Under the pieces are notes generated by a model. The model did not search any database. It was not told the origin of the DNA and saw only the letters and a program-made list of their open reading frames with translations. Positions 1-13,399 of a DNA stretch of 64,000 nt are shown here, piece after piece. The position numbers and the translations under genes are program-made. The stretch is from Hemiscyllium ocellatum (taxonomy: Eukaryota). Where the stretch lies: the NCBI RefSeq assembly GCF_020745735.1, contig NC_083413.1, forward strand, positions 74,400,001 to 74,464,000. Reading direction: 5' to 3'. Every line of letters starts with the position of its first letter. Position 1 is the first letter of the stretch.

Positions 1-524
1 CCCTCTACCACTAGTAACAGTTTCTTCTCACTCCCTCCATTCCACACCATCATCACCATCTCTTCCACCCCCCTCACTCTCCAATCACAATCCATATTCT
101 CCCGTACTAATTCCCTCCTTCAGTTAACAAATCAGCCACTCTCAACACAAACCCTCTCTGATCCATCCCACACTGGCACCTCACCGTCCTCCCTCTCACT
201 TTATCCCTGTGCCACCCACCTGCACCCCTCCCCAAAACGCATTTCCTCAACTACCTTCTCCCTGTCCCCTCTTTTCCCTTGTCCCCTTACCCACAAATCC
301 GCTTAACTCTGTCTTCCCCTGCCCACACCTGCCCCAGCCCCCTTCTTCCTATCCCCCTTCCTCACCCTGCCCCCAGTACACCTCCTCACACCCCTTCTCC
401 TTCTTTCCCTACAAACCTTCCAATTCACTCCCGCCCAACTCCTCTCCATTTCATCCATTCTCCCTCCCACTAACTGACCCTTTTCCGTCGTAGTCTTCCC
501 ACACCCTCTCCCCCTCACCCTTCC

Positions 525-1235
525 TCCCTCCCTCTCTCCTCCACCCCCACCTGCCTCCCTCCTCCCCTCTCTCCTTCCACCCCTCTCTCCTTCACTCCCT
601 CCCTCTACTCCTCTCTCCTTCCACCCCTCTCTCCTTCACTCCCTCCCTCCACTCCTCTCTCCTTCCACCCCTCTCTCCTTCACTCCCTCCCTCCCTCCAC
701 CCCTCTCTCCTTCACTCCCTCCCTCCACTCCTCTCTCCTTCCACCCCTCTCTCCTTCACTCCCTCCCTCCCTCCACCCCTCTCTCCTTCACTCCCTCCCT
801 CCCTCCACCCCTCTCTCCTTCACTCCCTCCCTCCCTCCCTCCACTCCTCTCTCCTTCACTCCCTCCCTCCCTCCACCCCTCTCTCCTTCACTCCCTCCCT
901 CCCTCCACCCCTCTCTCCTTCACTCCCTCCCTCCATCCCTCTCTCTTTCACTCTCTCCATCCCTCTCTCCTTCACTCCCTCCACCCCTCTCTCCTCCACT
1001 CACTCCCTCCACCCCTCTCTCCTTCACTCCCTCCCTCCACCCCTCTCTCCTTCACTCCCTCCCTCCATCCCTCTCTCTTTCACTCTCTCCATCCCTCTCT
1101 CCTTCACTCCCTCCACCCCTCTCTCCTCCACTCACTCCCTCCACCCCTCTCTCCTCCACTCACTCCCTCCACCCCTCTCTACCTCCCTCCACCCCTCTCT
1201 CCTTCACTCACTCCATCCCTCCCTCCACCACCTCT
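525..1235. repeat. Pyrimidine-rich minisatellite, unit ~CCACCCCTCTCTCCTTCACTCCCTCCCT with variants
   Basis: Directly visible tandem array, essentially G-free on the + strand. Confidence 0.9.
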
Positions 1236-1269
1236 CCTCCCCCCCACACCCACACCCCTGTACCCCCAC

Positions 1270-1590
1270 ACATTCCCTCTCCGTCGTCCTCCCCAATTCG
1301 TGCCCTCCCCACCCCCCCTCGGCCTGTACTCACCTCGAAGCCTCGGACTCTCCGCTCTCTGGACCCCAGTGCCGCGGTCTCCCAGCTCCGCTGAAAGCCT
1401 GAGGCCTCCAGCCCCAGCCCCTCCCCCTTCCTGCAGCGGTGCTGAGTGCGGCCGGGCGGAGGGAGACAGACTAGCACGGGACCGGGCGGCGGAGGGAGAC
1501 AGACTGGCACGGGACCGGCCGGGCTCGCGGCGCAGAACCCCCCTCACGAGCCCCTGGAGCCACAGCAACTGCCTCCTGGTTCCCTGAGAG
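1270..1590 (-). promoter_or_regulatory. CpG island with candidate first exon (donor at 1333) of a gene running off the left edge
   Basis: GC- and CpG-dense patch with a consensus donor GAG|GTGAGT (GT at 1333-1332). Identity as YEATS2 is only a synteny inference. Confidence 0.55.
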
Positions 1591-1594
1591 AGGC

Positions 1595-2520
1595 AGCTGC
1601 AGGCTGAGAGATAGAGGAAGAGAGTAAGATAGAGGGGGGGGAGAGAGAGAGAGAGATAAAGGGATTGGGGTGTGGAAGGGAGGACTGAGACAGAGAAAAA
1701 GACTCAGAGAGAGAGAGATTGAGGAAGGGATAGGACTGAAAGAAATTAAGGGATGAAGAGGCAGATAGAGATGGGAATAGAAAGAAGGAGTGAGAAAATA
1801 ACAAAGAGGAAAGTGAGAAATACCAGAATGGTAAGCAAGAGAGATTGAGTTGGAAAGGTATAAAGAGAGAGTGAGTGAGAAAGGATGGGGGGGGTAAGAG
1901 TGGGACAAGAGGGTGAGCAATTGAGATGGTGGGAAGAAAGGGATAATGAAAGAAGGCGAATTTGAGGACTCCAGATCAGACTCAAAAAGTGTGGCACTGG
2001 AAAAGCACAGCAGGTCAGGCAGCATCTGAGGAGCGGGAGAGTCAACGTTTCAGGCATAAGCTCTTCATCAGGAATGAAGGAAGGACTCCGGGTGGTGTCC
2101 AAAGAGGGCACCGGATTCTTCCGAGATACAGAAAAATTGGGGCAAGGATGTGGGTTAGAAGAAAGGGGTGGAAAGAAGTAGAGCTGCGATTGAGAAAGGG
2201 ATTTGGAGAGGAAGATAGAGACAGATCAACAGAGATAAATGGAAGTTGGAAAGACCAGGATAAGGGGATAGATTTAGCAAAGAATTAGCCAGAGATGTAG
2301 CAGGATGGCATGAAGGAAGATAGACAGGGAGATAATAATTGAGGTAGCAAGGGTTTGAATGAGAGAGTATTGAAAATGTGTGGAGATGGACATTAACGAG
2401 AAGCACAGGGGAAAAAGAAATGGATATAGAAGGCAAATGGATTAACAAAGAGCAGAAAGTGATGCACAACGTGCTGTGATTGAGGTATGAGTAGAGAGAA
2501 AAGGAGAATGGAGGAGTAGT
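1595..2520. repeat. Purine-rich (GA) low-complexity tract
   Basis: A/G-dominated + strand, including (GA)n at ~1641-1656. Interrupted by a Penelope-derived half element at ~1960-2075. Confidence 0.8.
1960..2075 (-). mobile_element. Penelope-derived half-hairpin element (family A) with hammerhead-like core
   Basis: Matches the arms of 19317-19535 and 33056-33271. Minus strand reads CTGATGAAGAGCTTATGCCTGAAACGTT. Confidence 0.7.
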
Positions 2521-2838
2521 GGTCATATTCCCTAGCTATTGCAGTGTGCCCAGGTCAAAGGGTGAGGGCTATTCTCTCTCAAGGTAGAGAGTATCCAAGT
2601 ACAACAATTCCCAAGTACTGCACTGTCTGTGGCTCAAAGGGTGAAGGCCTTACACCAAGTCCCAGATCAGAGAGTAATCACCATGCTCCCCATACCTAGT
2701 GTTACAGAAGGGTGAGGCCATGATGTTTATAGTAATATATCGTTTTCATCTGAGGAGTAGGTAGGTTCTCATGAATGCATGGTTCTCAGCTCTGAATCAT
2801 TCATTACTGTGATCAGAAATTGAAAATCGTACATGAAC

Positions 2839-3134
2839 GGCACGGTAGCACAGTGGTTAGCACTGCTGCCTCACAGCACCAGACACCTGGGTTCACTTCC
2901 CACCTCCGGCAACTCTCTGTGTGGAGTTTGCACATTCTCCCTGTGTCTGCATGGGTTTCCTCTGGGTGCTCCGGTTTTCTCCCACAATCCAAAAATGTGC
3001 AGGTTAGGTGAATTGGCCATGCTAAATTGCCTGTAGTATTAGGTGTAGGGGAATGGGTCTGGATGGGTTGTGCTTTGGTGGGTCGGTGTGGACTTGTTGG
3101 GCTGAAGGGCCTGTTTCCACACTGTAAGTAATCT
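2839..3134 (+). mobile_element. HE1/V-SINE-like tRNA-derived SINE
   Basis: tRNA-like head (CAGTGGTTAGC...GGGTTCA), central GTGTGGAGTTTGCACATTCTCC...GGGTTTCC core, and a CR1-like tail GAAGGGCCTGTTTCCACACTGT. About ten copies in the window. Confidence 0.88.
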
Positions 3135-3949
3135 AGGATTTTCACTCCCTTTCTTCTCTGTCTCAAATTGAGATTAAGGACTCAATAACCAGACCCCAGT
3201 CACATTACATCACAGAGTGCTAAATGACACGATATGACATGGGAGGTTGAAACACATCAGTCCTACAACAAAATATTACAGCAAATTGCACTGCATTGCA
3301 TCAAGGTCAGTAAACACCCTCCCATTTCCAGTACTTCCTTAGTCATACAACACCCTTCTCGTTTTTATGTTTCTCAACAATAGGTTGTCTTCGCCTAAAC
3401 TCTCCCACCCTGCATCTCCATCATCAAGAAATATGAAATTGTGCACCACTGCAGAAATGCATGATTTGAGAACTGTTCAAACTGTGATACAAAAATTCCT
3501 GATATCCCACAAGTCAAGGAATGCCAACTCTACAATAGCTGACTGCAGATAATTGGTCTTGATGTTTTATTCTCGGAACTTTCTCCGCATTTCATTCAAA
3601 ATTCATTTAAAATAGATTTCTTAAAAGAGAACTGAATGGGGGGCAGAAGGGTCTTAAAACTACAAAATGGAGAGTTTGGTCACAATGCAAGAAGAGGCTG
3701 CATTATTTTTCAGAATTAACGATATTTGCAGAAGCTTGCTTGAGAGGTCAACTTTTACCATGTACCCTTCCTACTGTATGGACAGTTGTATTTGTTATAT
3801 CATACTGAAGAGAGATCAAGTCTGATTTTATATTCGAAGTTCCTTGGCTTGCATTCTCTATTTTCAAAATATTGTTAGAAATCTCCTGGGAGGAGGTTCA
3901 TTTGGAGTTCCTTAGGAACTTTTAATATTTTTGCCCATATAAAATCTAG

Positions 3950-4700
3950 GAAATAGGAGAAGGAATAGGCCATTCAGTCTCATAAACCTGCTCTGCCATT
4001 GAATTAGATCATGGTCAATTTTCTATCTAATGCCATTTTCCCACTGTTTCCCCATATCCATTGATTTCTTTAAGAGCTAAAAATCAATTGACCTCTGTCT
4101 TGATTACACTCAATGGCTGAACTTCCACAACCCTCTGGATTATAAATAAGATTGTGTTCCCTGGTTCTAGACCCCATAGCCAATGGAAATATTCTTCCTG
4201 CGTTTACTTTGTCTATCCCTTTAAAAATTGTGCTAGTTTCAAAGAAATCCCCTCTCGTTATTTAAATTACAGAGAATACAGGGCCAGTCTCCTCAATCTC
4301 TCATCATAAAACACTCCCAACATCCCGGGGACAATCTGTGACAATTTGCTACACCCCCTCCATAGCAAGTATCTCCTTCCTCAATCAAGAGGGCCAAAAT
4401 TGTTCACAATATTCCCACTGCCATCCCACCTACCAGTGTCTTATACAATTGCAGCAAAACCTCACAAAACATCTAACGATAAAGATTACTGTTTATCTTC
4501 CGAATTGCTTGCTGCACCAGCTTGTCAACTTTCAGCATCTTTTGAGCAAGGACACCCAGGTCCCTTTCGACAGCAACACTTCCCAATCACTCACCATTCC
4601 GGAAATATTCTACATCTTCATTCCTCTTTTCAAAGTGTTTATCCTCACATTTATGCATGTTATTCCTTCTGCCATTGTCCATCATTTAGCCTGTCTAAGT
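3950..4700 (-). mobile_element. Old, degenerate CR1-type LINE 3' fragment
   Basis: Begins AGGAATAGGCCATTCAG. Similar to 17890-18260 and, more weakly, to the CR1 RT C-terminal fragments elsewhere in the window. Confidence 0.55.
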
Positions 4701-5769
4701 CCTCTGGAACCCCCTTCAGCCTCTGTCAGAATTTTGTCAGCTTCAGTACAACCACTCTCATTCTCCTAAACTACAGAGAATGTGAATTTGTTAAAAGCAG
4801 AGGCCCCCATTCCCTTTGCCCTTAAAATTGAGTGTCACATCATCACAACATCACATCATCACTACTTAGCGTAACACATTTATGGTGATTTCACTCAAAT
4901 TTCTTTAATCTGTTTCTGGGGTGTACTGGTGAGGCAGTCAGTGCTGAAAGGACTATGGAGTTCAGTGCCCAGCTACCCTCCCGTAGGTCTGGCCCTTAAA
5001 AGCTTCATCCAACTTTTCCAGTAGATATCGAGTGGTCCCACCTCATCAATCAGACAAAGCATTCCACGCTCTAGTTCTTAAAATGACAACTGTTGGGTGG
5101 AAGAGGAGGAGCCCAGCTCAACCTAGGCTGGAGAGAGGAGCTTGGAGGAGCAGTACAGCCCAGAGTGAGGAGGGAGACGAGATCTCACGATGGCTGTTTT
5201 TGCTCTCTGCTCTCTGGAAACAAGGTTGGTGTATTACCGCCTGGGCCAGCATTGTACCGAACTATTTTGCTTCTGCAGGCATGAACTGGACTGTCTGCTG
5301 CTGTTGCCTGGGCCTACCTGTTTATTGGGCCTTGGATTGAACTGTTGCTGTGTTGCTGGCTAGGCCCTACTGTCTTGTTTTGTTTTCTCAATCAAGCGGG
5401 CACAGCGGCAGTATGAATGGTGGCCCAGACACCATGGGTCAGCCGTGGGGGTCAAGCCATTCCTGTATCGCAGTGGCTGCTACTGCTGCTTTGGCCCCCC
5501 CACTGTGGCCCCATCACCATTCACACGCACGACCAAGGGGGATGGCTGGTGCCATCAGTCCAATGACCATTGTTGCAGCCTCCACGATGTACTGGAAGGC
5601 AGTGCTTTTCCTTTGGTTCAAGCGGGCTGTGTATTTGGCCCCGGAGAAGGGGCTCACTGAGGGCGAGACCTGTTTACCAGTCAACCCTCTGGAGGTCACG
5701 GCACAGGAGGTTGTGATCTCCAATATCCTGCCTTTTATTACCAGTGAGCTTCTCCTCCCCCATTTAGAA

Positions 5770-6097
5770 CAATAGAATCCATACAGTGTGGAAATAGGAC
5801 ATTTGGCCCAACAAGTCCACACCAACCCTCTGAAGAGTATCTCGCCCAAACCCATTCCCCTACCCTATTACTCTACACTTTCCCTGACTAACACACCTAA
5901 CCTTCACATCCCTGAACACTATGGATAATTTAGCATGGCCAATTCACCTAAGCTGCACATCTTTGGATTGTGGGAGGAAACCAGAGTCCTTGGACTAAAC
6001 CAAGGCAGACACAGGGAGAATGTGCAAACTCCACACAGACGGTCGCCCGAGGCTGGAACCGTGAGGCAGTAGTGCTAACTACTGAGCCATTGTGCTG
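5770..6097 (-). mobile_element. HE1/V-SINE-like SINE
   Basis: Reverse complement of the SINE core and tail. Confidence 0.85.
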
Positions 6098-7784
6098 ACC
6101 TACAGCTGCTGTTAGCGAGGCGTGGTCAGGGATTGCACCCATCCTGCTCAGATTGAAGGATCTGAGCCTAAAAAACGTCCACTCCTTCCTGCACCAGGTT
6201 TTTTTACCTTGGCCCCTGAGGAGGTGACTGGAGGAGTTTTACTGTGATGCACAAGGGGGTGGTATAGCGCGCCTTCTCATTGGCAGACGATAAGCAGTGT
6301 TAACTCTGTCAACAGGTTGGGCACATATGAAGGAACTGGCTCATCCCAAAGGATGCAGGTGCTGATGGCACTTCCATTCTGGAATGTTTTGTCACAAAAT
6401 TCCAGTGAATGTTTGGTTTACTTCATCTGGGACAAAAAGATACTGGATCATTTTGGAGGAGGGTGGTCAGTGTGTCTCCACACCCAGCTGGCAAATTTCC
6501 ACCTTCAGCCCCTTAAGCGAGGCCTTTAGGTCGAGCCTCCTCCCAAATGGGGCGCCCTGGCAACATATATTTTTTCCCAGTTGGGCGCACGACTTCTGTT
6601 CAGACAGGCGGCTGTTGATTATTGATCGTAACCATCCTCAGGGTACTGCCACTCTTTTAACAGGACCAGCGCAATGTCCGGAAATTGGTCACCGGCCTTC
6701 CCATACTTCAATGTAACTGTCAGAAGTTACAGCAATGGTCAAAAGCGCTGTTGCTCAGGAATCTGCACTGCCATCTTGGCGGGTTCAAGTGGCTGACAGA
6801 GGGCAAGTCCACAGCCGAAAGTTTGACAAGAGTCAGGGATGTGTAGGGTGGCAGAGGCTGGTTTGCCACAGGAAGTGGCAGCAGGGCAGCAGTAGGTGTT
6901 CAGCTCATGGCTGATGCCATCTGATGCCTGAAAACGGCAGTGCTCAGACCCGACGTGGTGCACAAGTTGGAGGGTACTCAGGTGTGTGATGGAATCCAGT
7001 TTGCACGTACCCCTGCTCAGACAGAATTTCACAGTGGCCCCAAGATCCTGAACCCCGCCCCCCCACCTTCAACCTGAGCAATCTCCTTAGTCTGTGTTTG
7101 TCATTTGGGAGGGAATGCAGCAGTTTTTGTACAGGCTGCTGCTGCATACGATTCACCTCGACTCACAGATTCTTTGAACACCTGGTGCGGTGGGGGTACG
7201 AGCAGGTCAATGGATCTCCTCATCGATGTGCTCCTGATCCTGGCCAGGCTGGCAAAAAATATGTCCAGGTGGTGGGCTGAGGAGGGAGTCATTTCTGCCA
7301 ACTGCCCTTCTTCTGCAGTTACATTCAAGTGTGGGTACACTTGGACAGGGAGCACACTGTGTCCACCAATGCTCTTCATGTCTTTAGGGAGAGATGGGCA
7401 CAGTGGGGGATGGAGTGCCATATTTCCCCCTCCAGTTCTATATTGATTTAGTCTCCTTCTCTCCCTAATCCACCCCTCCCTTCATATTTTAATGACAGCA
7501 TTGTCCTTAACAAGTTCAATAGGCCATATGGGTGTTTTCCTGGTGGTCGAAAAAAATGATTAATAAAGTATATAGAGAAAGGTGTATTTTCACTGTCTCA
7601 TTATTAAAAAATGTATATTTTCACATGATTTTCAAGTGATTTGGGAAATATGTAAGCCTTATTGCTGGACCTTCTTTGGTACAATGGTGGTGTACAGGAT
7701 ACAAAAAAAATGAAGAAAGAGATGTCAATGATTATTTGTGCTTGTTTATTACCGTGTTTTACCAAACCTCGTTTTTCATTAAAG

Positions 7785-8575
7785 TCACACAGCACCGAAA
7801 CAGACCCTTTGTTCCAAACAGTTTATGTGGAATATAATCCCGAATTAAACCAGTCCCACCTGCATGCTCCTGGCCCATATCCCTCCAAACCTTTCCTATT
7901 CATGTACTTGTCTAAATGTCTTTTAAATATTGTAATTGTGACCACATCCACCTCAGGAAGTTTACTCCACATGTGAACCATCCTCGGTGTAAAAGATTTG
8001 CCCCTCATGCCTTTTTAAAATCTCTCCTCTCACCTTTAAAATGTGTCCCCTAGTCCTGAAATCCTCCATCCTAGGGAAAAGGCATCTACATTAAACCTAT
8101 TTATACCCCACATGATTTTATGCACTTCTATAAGGTCATCTCTCAACCTCCAGTGAAAAAAGTCCCAGCCTAGACCTTCCATACCCAGCAACATCCTGGT
8201 AGATCTCTTCTGAACCCTCTCCAGCTTAATAATATCCTTTCTGTAACTGGATGACCAGAAATGGACACAGTGTTCCAGAAGAGACCTCACCAGTATCATG
8301 TACAACCTCAACATGACTTCCCAATTCCTATACTCAAACAAGTGAGTAATGAAGGCAAGCGTGCCAAATGTCTTTTTAACCACTCTGTCTATGGGTGATG
8401 CAACCGACCCAAGGCCCTACCAGTAATCAAAGAAGTTCTACTCTTGTTTGTTGTACAAAAATGCAATACCTTGAATTTTTCCAGACTGAACTCCATCTGC
8501 CATTTTTCAGCCTATTGACCCATATGATCATGATCCTTAAAAAAAGCTTTCTCAACTGTCTACTGTACCACCTTT
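7785..8575 (-). mobile_element. CR1 (HER1-like) LINE 3' fragment
   Basis: ORF remnants MLRLYMILVRSLLEHCVHFWSS..RKDIIKLERVQKR and TIFKRHLDKYMNRKGLEGYG, typical of the CR1 ORF2 C-terminus. Confidence 0.9.
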
Positions 8576-9439
8576 AATAGATGCTCAATACTGTGATGGA
8601 GCAATGTAATTTGGGAGAATTTTCTCTAAAAGAGCACGTTGATGACTTAGGTGGCACAGACTGCAGCGTGCACCAAAAAATGCTGAAGAAAATTTTCCAA
8701 AGGCCACTGAGATTTGAAAGTCTCCAATAACAAGATGGTCGATGATGTGAAATTGGAGGAAGCTGTTTACAAAGCCTTGGTGAGTTGATATAATACATCC
8801 TGTGGGAATTGTAACTTTGGCACATGAACTTTGATGGGAGTAAATGCATGGGGGTGTGTGAATGGATGGTCAAGCTCTTTGATGCTGTTGCAACGTCACT
8901 ACATATAGGCAAGTTTTAAGTATTACATCTAGACATTCATGTATATGCCAAGGGCAAAACCAGATTCCTTATGAATGAAATAACTGCAATTCTATATTGC
9001 AACATGTGATGTTGAGTCATTGCTTCATAGTTATTCTTTTTAGGCCACAAGTAGTGTCTAGAATAAAGAAAACTTTTTTTTGTGTGTGTTTGTTAACATT
9101 ACATAACATTGAGTCTCTCGCAGAGTAGTGGGCCATTCTATCCCACTGGCTTTTGCGCTTCACATAACTCTCCTCCTTTGTTGCTATATGGTGGAGAGAA
9201 ATTCCCTGGATTTTTTTTATACCCACCGTTTTACCTGTTTATATTTCTGTTTTGTTTTTGCAACTCTCTCAGGAGATCACCTCACTTTGGGTGGGCCATA
9301 AAGTACATATATAATATTGCCTTGGTAGCAGTAGCTATCCCTCAATTCAAAGATGACGTCTACTCATGGTCATAAGTTTCTACCATTGGTTCTTATAAGA
9401 CTGAACTGGCAAACTCTTTGTAATATGGGGCAGAGGTCA

Positions 9440-10260
9440 TTTCACAAGGCAGTAGGATCGAGGGTGTAAGATTTACTTCCTTTACTTTCTTGTTGCTGCT
9501 CCACCTCACCAGTTACAGATTGAGACCCAAGGAAAAATGCAGCTGATGGACAGGTTTTTGCTATTCTGAGCAATTAACGGAAAGCTCCTCCCAGTTATTA
9601 ATGTCAATGCTGTTGATTTCAAGAAGAGTTTAAGAGTATGTTTGAAATGTTTTTATTGCTAATCCCTGGAACATTGGTCATTTGAGAGTCGAGGAAACAG
9701 AGCTTGACAGGGAAGATGGTTATCATCCAGACATATTGTACAGTGCAAGTAGATTTTCTGCATGAATGTTTGTGAAGCTTCCTTGTGAAGTTCACTGGTG
9801 TTTGTTCGATGGTTCTCACATTCACTTCAGAGCTTGCAATGGAGCCATTGCTGACGATATTTTTCTGGCATTTTATGTATAGCTGGTACCCTAATTCAGG
9901 TCTCACTACAGCACTGGAGTCTCGTGACAACAACTTGTCTTACACTGTTGACATGGAGAGGTCGTTGTCTCCAAACACTTGTTACAACAGTATGTAGAAG
10001 ATTATCTTAGCACAGCTGATCTGGTTTTGGATGTTCTGCTTAATGTGGCATTTTGAGAGAGGGGGCTTGCCAACGTATGTGTAGTGTTCAACATATTCTA
10101 GGGTCTCTGATTTGACATTTATGGGAGACTGATCAGGTGTGGTTTGATATATGAATTTTACTTTGGAAACTTTCAAGGACAAACCAAGTTTCTCAAAATG
10201 CTGAATTGAAGAGATTGAGGGAGGCTTGCAAATGTGATGCAAAAGCACTTTGTCAGCCTC
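9440..10260 (-). mobile_element. Degenerate RTE-clade LINE fragment
   Basis: Remnant KLGLSLKVSKVKFIYQ...ETLEYVEHYTYVG resembles the RTE RT motif GLxIxxxKTKVxxQ...LExVxxFxYLG. Confidence 0.6.
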
Positions 10261-10264
10261 AAAC

Positions 10265-11103
10265 TGAGATCTTAATCAGATGGGCCAATGGGCCAAGGAG
10301 TGGCAGATAGAGTTTTATTTAGGTAAATGTGAGGTGGTGCATTTTGGAAAGGCATATACACTTAATGGTAAGGTCCTGGAGAATGTTGCTGAACAAAGAG
10401 ACTTTGAAGTGCAGGTTTATAGTTCCTTAAAAGTGGAGTTGCAGGTAGATAGGATAGTGAAGAAGACATTTAGAATGTTTTCCTTTTTTTGGTCAGAGCA
10501 TTGAGTATAGGAGTTGGGAGGTCATGTTGTGGCTGTACAGGACATTGGTTAGACTATTTTTGGAATATTGGGTGCAGTTCTGGTCTCCCTATTGGAAGGA
10601 TGTTGTGAAACTTGAAAGGGTTCAGAATAGATTTACAAGGAAGTTGCTATGGTTGGAGAGTTTGAGCTCTCGGGAGAGGCTGAGTAGGCTTGGGCTGTAT
10701 TCCCTGGAGCATCAGAGGCTGAGGCGTGACCTTAGAGAGATTTATGAAGTCTGGAGGGGCCTGGATAGAATAAATAGACAAGGTCTTTTCCCTGGGCTGG
10801 GGGAGTCCAGAGCTAGAGGCATAGGTTTAGGGTGAAAGGGGAAAGATTTAAAAGGGACCTAAGGGACAACATTTTCATGCAAAGGGTGGTGCATGACTGG
10901 AATGAGCTGCCATAGGAAGTGGTGAAGACTGGTACAAAAACAACATTTAAAAGGCATCTGGATAGGTCTGTGAATAGGAAAGGTTTAGAGGGACATGAGC
11001 CAAGTGCTAGCAAATGAGACTAGATTAATTTAGGATATCTGGTCAACATGGATGAGTTGGACTGAAGGGTCTGTTTCCGTGCTGTACATCTCTATGACTC
11101 TAT
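10265..11103 (+). mobile_element. CR1 LINE 3' fragment
   Basis: QWAKEWQIEF..KCEVVHFG; LYRTLVRLFLEYWVQFWSP; tail GCTGTACATCTCTATGACTC. Confidence 0.92.
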
Positions 11104-12255
11104 CAATCTATGTAGATCATGCATATTTGTGATTGATAGTTTAATTGTGGTTCATGGTAACCAGTCAAAGATGATATTTAAGGCTAACACCAGAGGGCAG
11201 TTGATCTCTGATGTGGTGACGTGCCTCTGTCCTGTAGCTTGATTGTAAGTAATGTGAGAATTATCACACAAGCTAACTTGACCCTGCTCTGGGTTTTTAA
11301 GATATCAGTTTCAGACCTCACAGTCAAAATATATATTCAATAGAGTCTCACAATTTACTGAATCAAATCCTTTGGTCACTTCAGTGATAGTAATGAAGAG
11401 TTCCTGGTGTGGATCTCAATAATATTTTTCAGACTTGTCTGGCAACAAAGAAGTACAATAATGACCGAGAAGCTATTACATTTTGTTGGACATACTGGAT
11501 AACTAGAGGGTATTTTAATTATGTTGTTAATCATCTGTTTGTAGTTCTTATTCCCTTATCATTTTCTCTGTACTAATTCTTGATCCCTTTCTTAATTGTT
11601 CGATGCACGTTTCCAATCCCCTTTGCAGTTTAGCTACACTAATTCACAAAGTCTTTCCTAGTCTCCTTGTGCTAGTTCCCAATCCTCTTTGCGGTCTTCC
11701 CAGTGTTAACTCCTAGCCCCTCTTTAATTAATACATTAACCAATCAATAATATCTAGCCCAGTTTATTTATCTCGGATTCCTGTCACACATGACATGATT
11801 CTTTCGAAAAAGCATCATGTGGATTCCTATTTTTGTGATGGAAACCACTAATTGTATTGAGGTTGAATTTCTTCCCTATCTACTTTCATACCAGCAATTG
11901 AACAGTGCTGAGTCACTGAGGGTTGCAGTCTGTATTGTTCGGATGATAATAGTTAACATCTTTGAGTTGTTTAAAAACTTGGTTATCTTTATTGGTGTTG
12001 GGTGTTTTTTTGTTCACTGCTTTGTTTTGTTTTATTTAAGGTATTTGAATTCTCAGAACTTTCATGGAAGAGCCATGTATTCTAATATACTGAAATACAT
12101 TGGTGTTTTAAAATAAACCTGATCAGGCATGTTGTGACACATCCCCATATGGAATTTGAACTTTTTGGCCCAGAGTTAGAAACACTTCTAATATGCCGCA
12201 TGATCCTCAGTGTACAGAGATGCATGTTAATTGTGTGTTAATTTTGTTTAAATAT

Positions 12256-12365
12256 GATTTGGAGATGCCGGTGTTGGACTAGGGTGTACAAAGTTAAAAA
12301 TCACACAACACCAGGTTATAGTCCAACAGGTTTGGACTATAGCCTGGTGTTGTGTGATTTTTAAC
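12256..12365. mobile_element. Short palindromic Penelope-derived insert (family B)
   Basis: AAAGTTAAAAATCACACAACACCAGGTTATAGTCCAA is followed by its reverse complement. Flanked by a 13-bp direct repeat TTTGTTTAAATAT (12243-12255, 12366-12378). Confidence 0.8.
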
Positions 12366-12712
12366 TTTGTTTAAATATATGCAGGTGCATGGCATTTATT
12401 GTTGTTTTTCTTGAACATATATAAAGAAACTCTCTCTACGGTTAAGCTCATAATTTCATTCTAAATAAATGTAAGACTGAGTAAAGAAGGACTTCAGAAT
12501 CATCTTTCACCAGTTTGCAGCGGAAATAGCAGAAAATGGGTACTGAAAGTTGAAGATTGGAAACTAAAAGGAAATTTCAAACAAGCAACTTTCATCCTCG
12601 TTATTGTAGGAACCGAAAGAAAATAAGTGCAAATTGTTGGAGTATGATTACCTTTTGAAGTTCTTTGCATGTCAACCATAAGAACAGTGGCAAGAATGAA
12701 GAGGATTTTAAG

Positions 12713-13280
12713 AGGTCATGTTGTAGCTGTACAGGACATTGGTTAGGCCACATTTGGAATATAGGGTGCAATTCTGGTCTCCCTCCTATCAGAAAAATGT
12801 TGTGAAACTTGAAAGGGTTCAGAAAAGATTTACATGGTTGGAGAGTTTAAGCTATAGGGAGAGGCTGAATAAGCTGGGGCTGTTTTCCCTGGAGCATCAG
12901 AGACCGAGGGATGACCTTAGAGAGGTTTATAAAATGATGAGCGGCCTGGATAGGTTAAATAGACAAGGTCTTTTCCCTGGATTGAGGGAGACCAGAACTA
13001 GAGGGTATAGGTTTAGGGTGAGAGGGGAAAATTTTACAAGGGAACTAAAGGGCAACTTTTTCATGGTGTGTGTATGGAATGAGCTGCCAGTGGAATTGGT
13101 GGTGGAGGCTAGTACAATTACAGCACTTAAAAGGCATCTGGATGGGTATGTGAATAGGAAGAGCTTTGAGGGATATGGGCCAAGTGCTGCCAAATGGGAC
13201 TAGATTAATTTATGATATCTGGTCGGCGTGGATGAGTTGGAGAGTCTGTTTCCATGCTGTACATCTCAATGACTGTATGA
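12713..13280 (+). mobile_element. CR1 LINE 3' fragment
   Basis: ORF 12739-13203, VRPHLEYRVQFWSP..KLERVQKRFT...VWNELP. Confidence 0.92.
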
Positions 13281-13399
13281 TTTGTGGATACGGTGGCATT
13301 TACCAAAGAAAAAAAATAAGATGTAACCTTAGTATTATCAATTCTTACCATCAATAAATTAAGAAATAAAATATTTTATGAGCTGGATGGCCATCAATT

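Noticed and set aside
209-2526. Pro/Ser/Leu- or Gly/Arg-rich ORFs
   Set aside because: Artefacts of low-complexity polypyrimidine/polypurine and GC-rich sequence.
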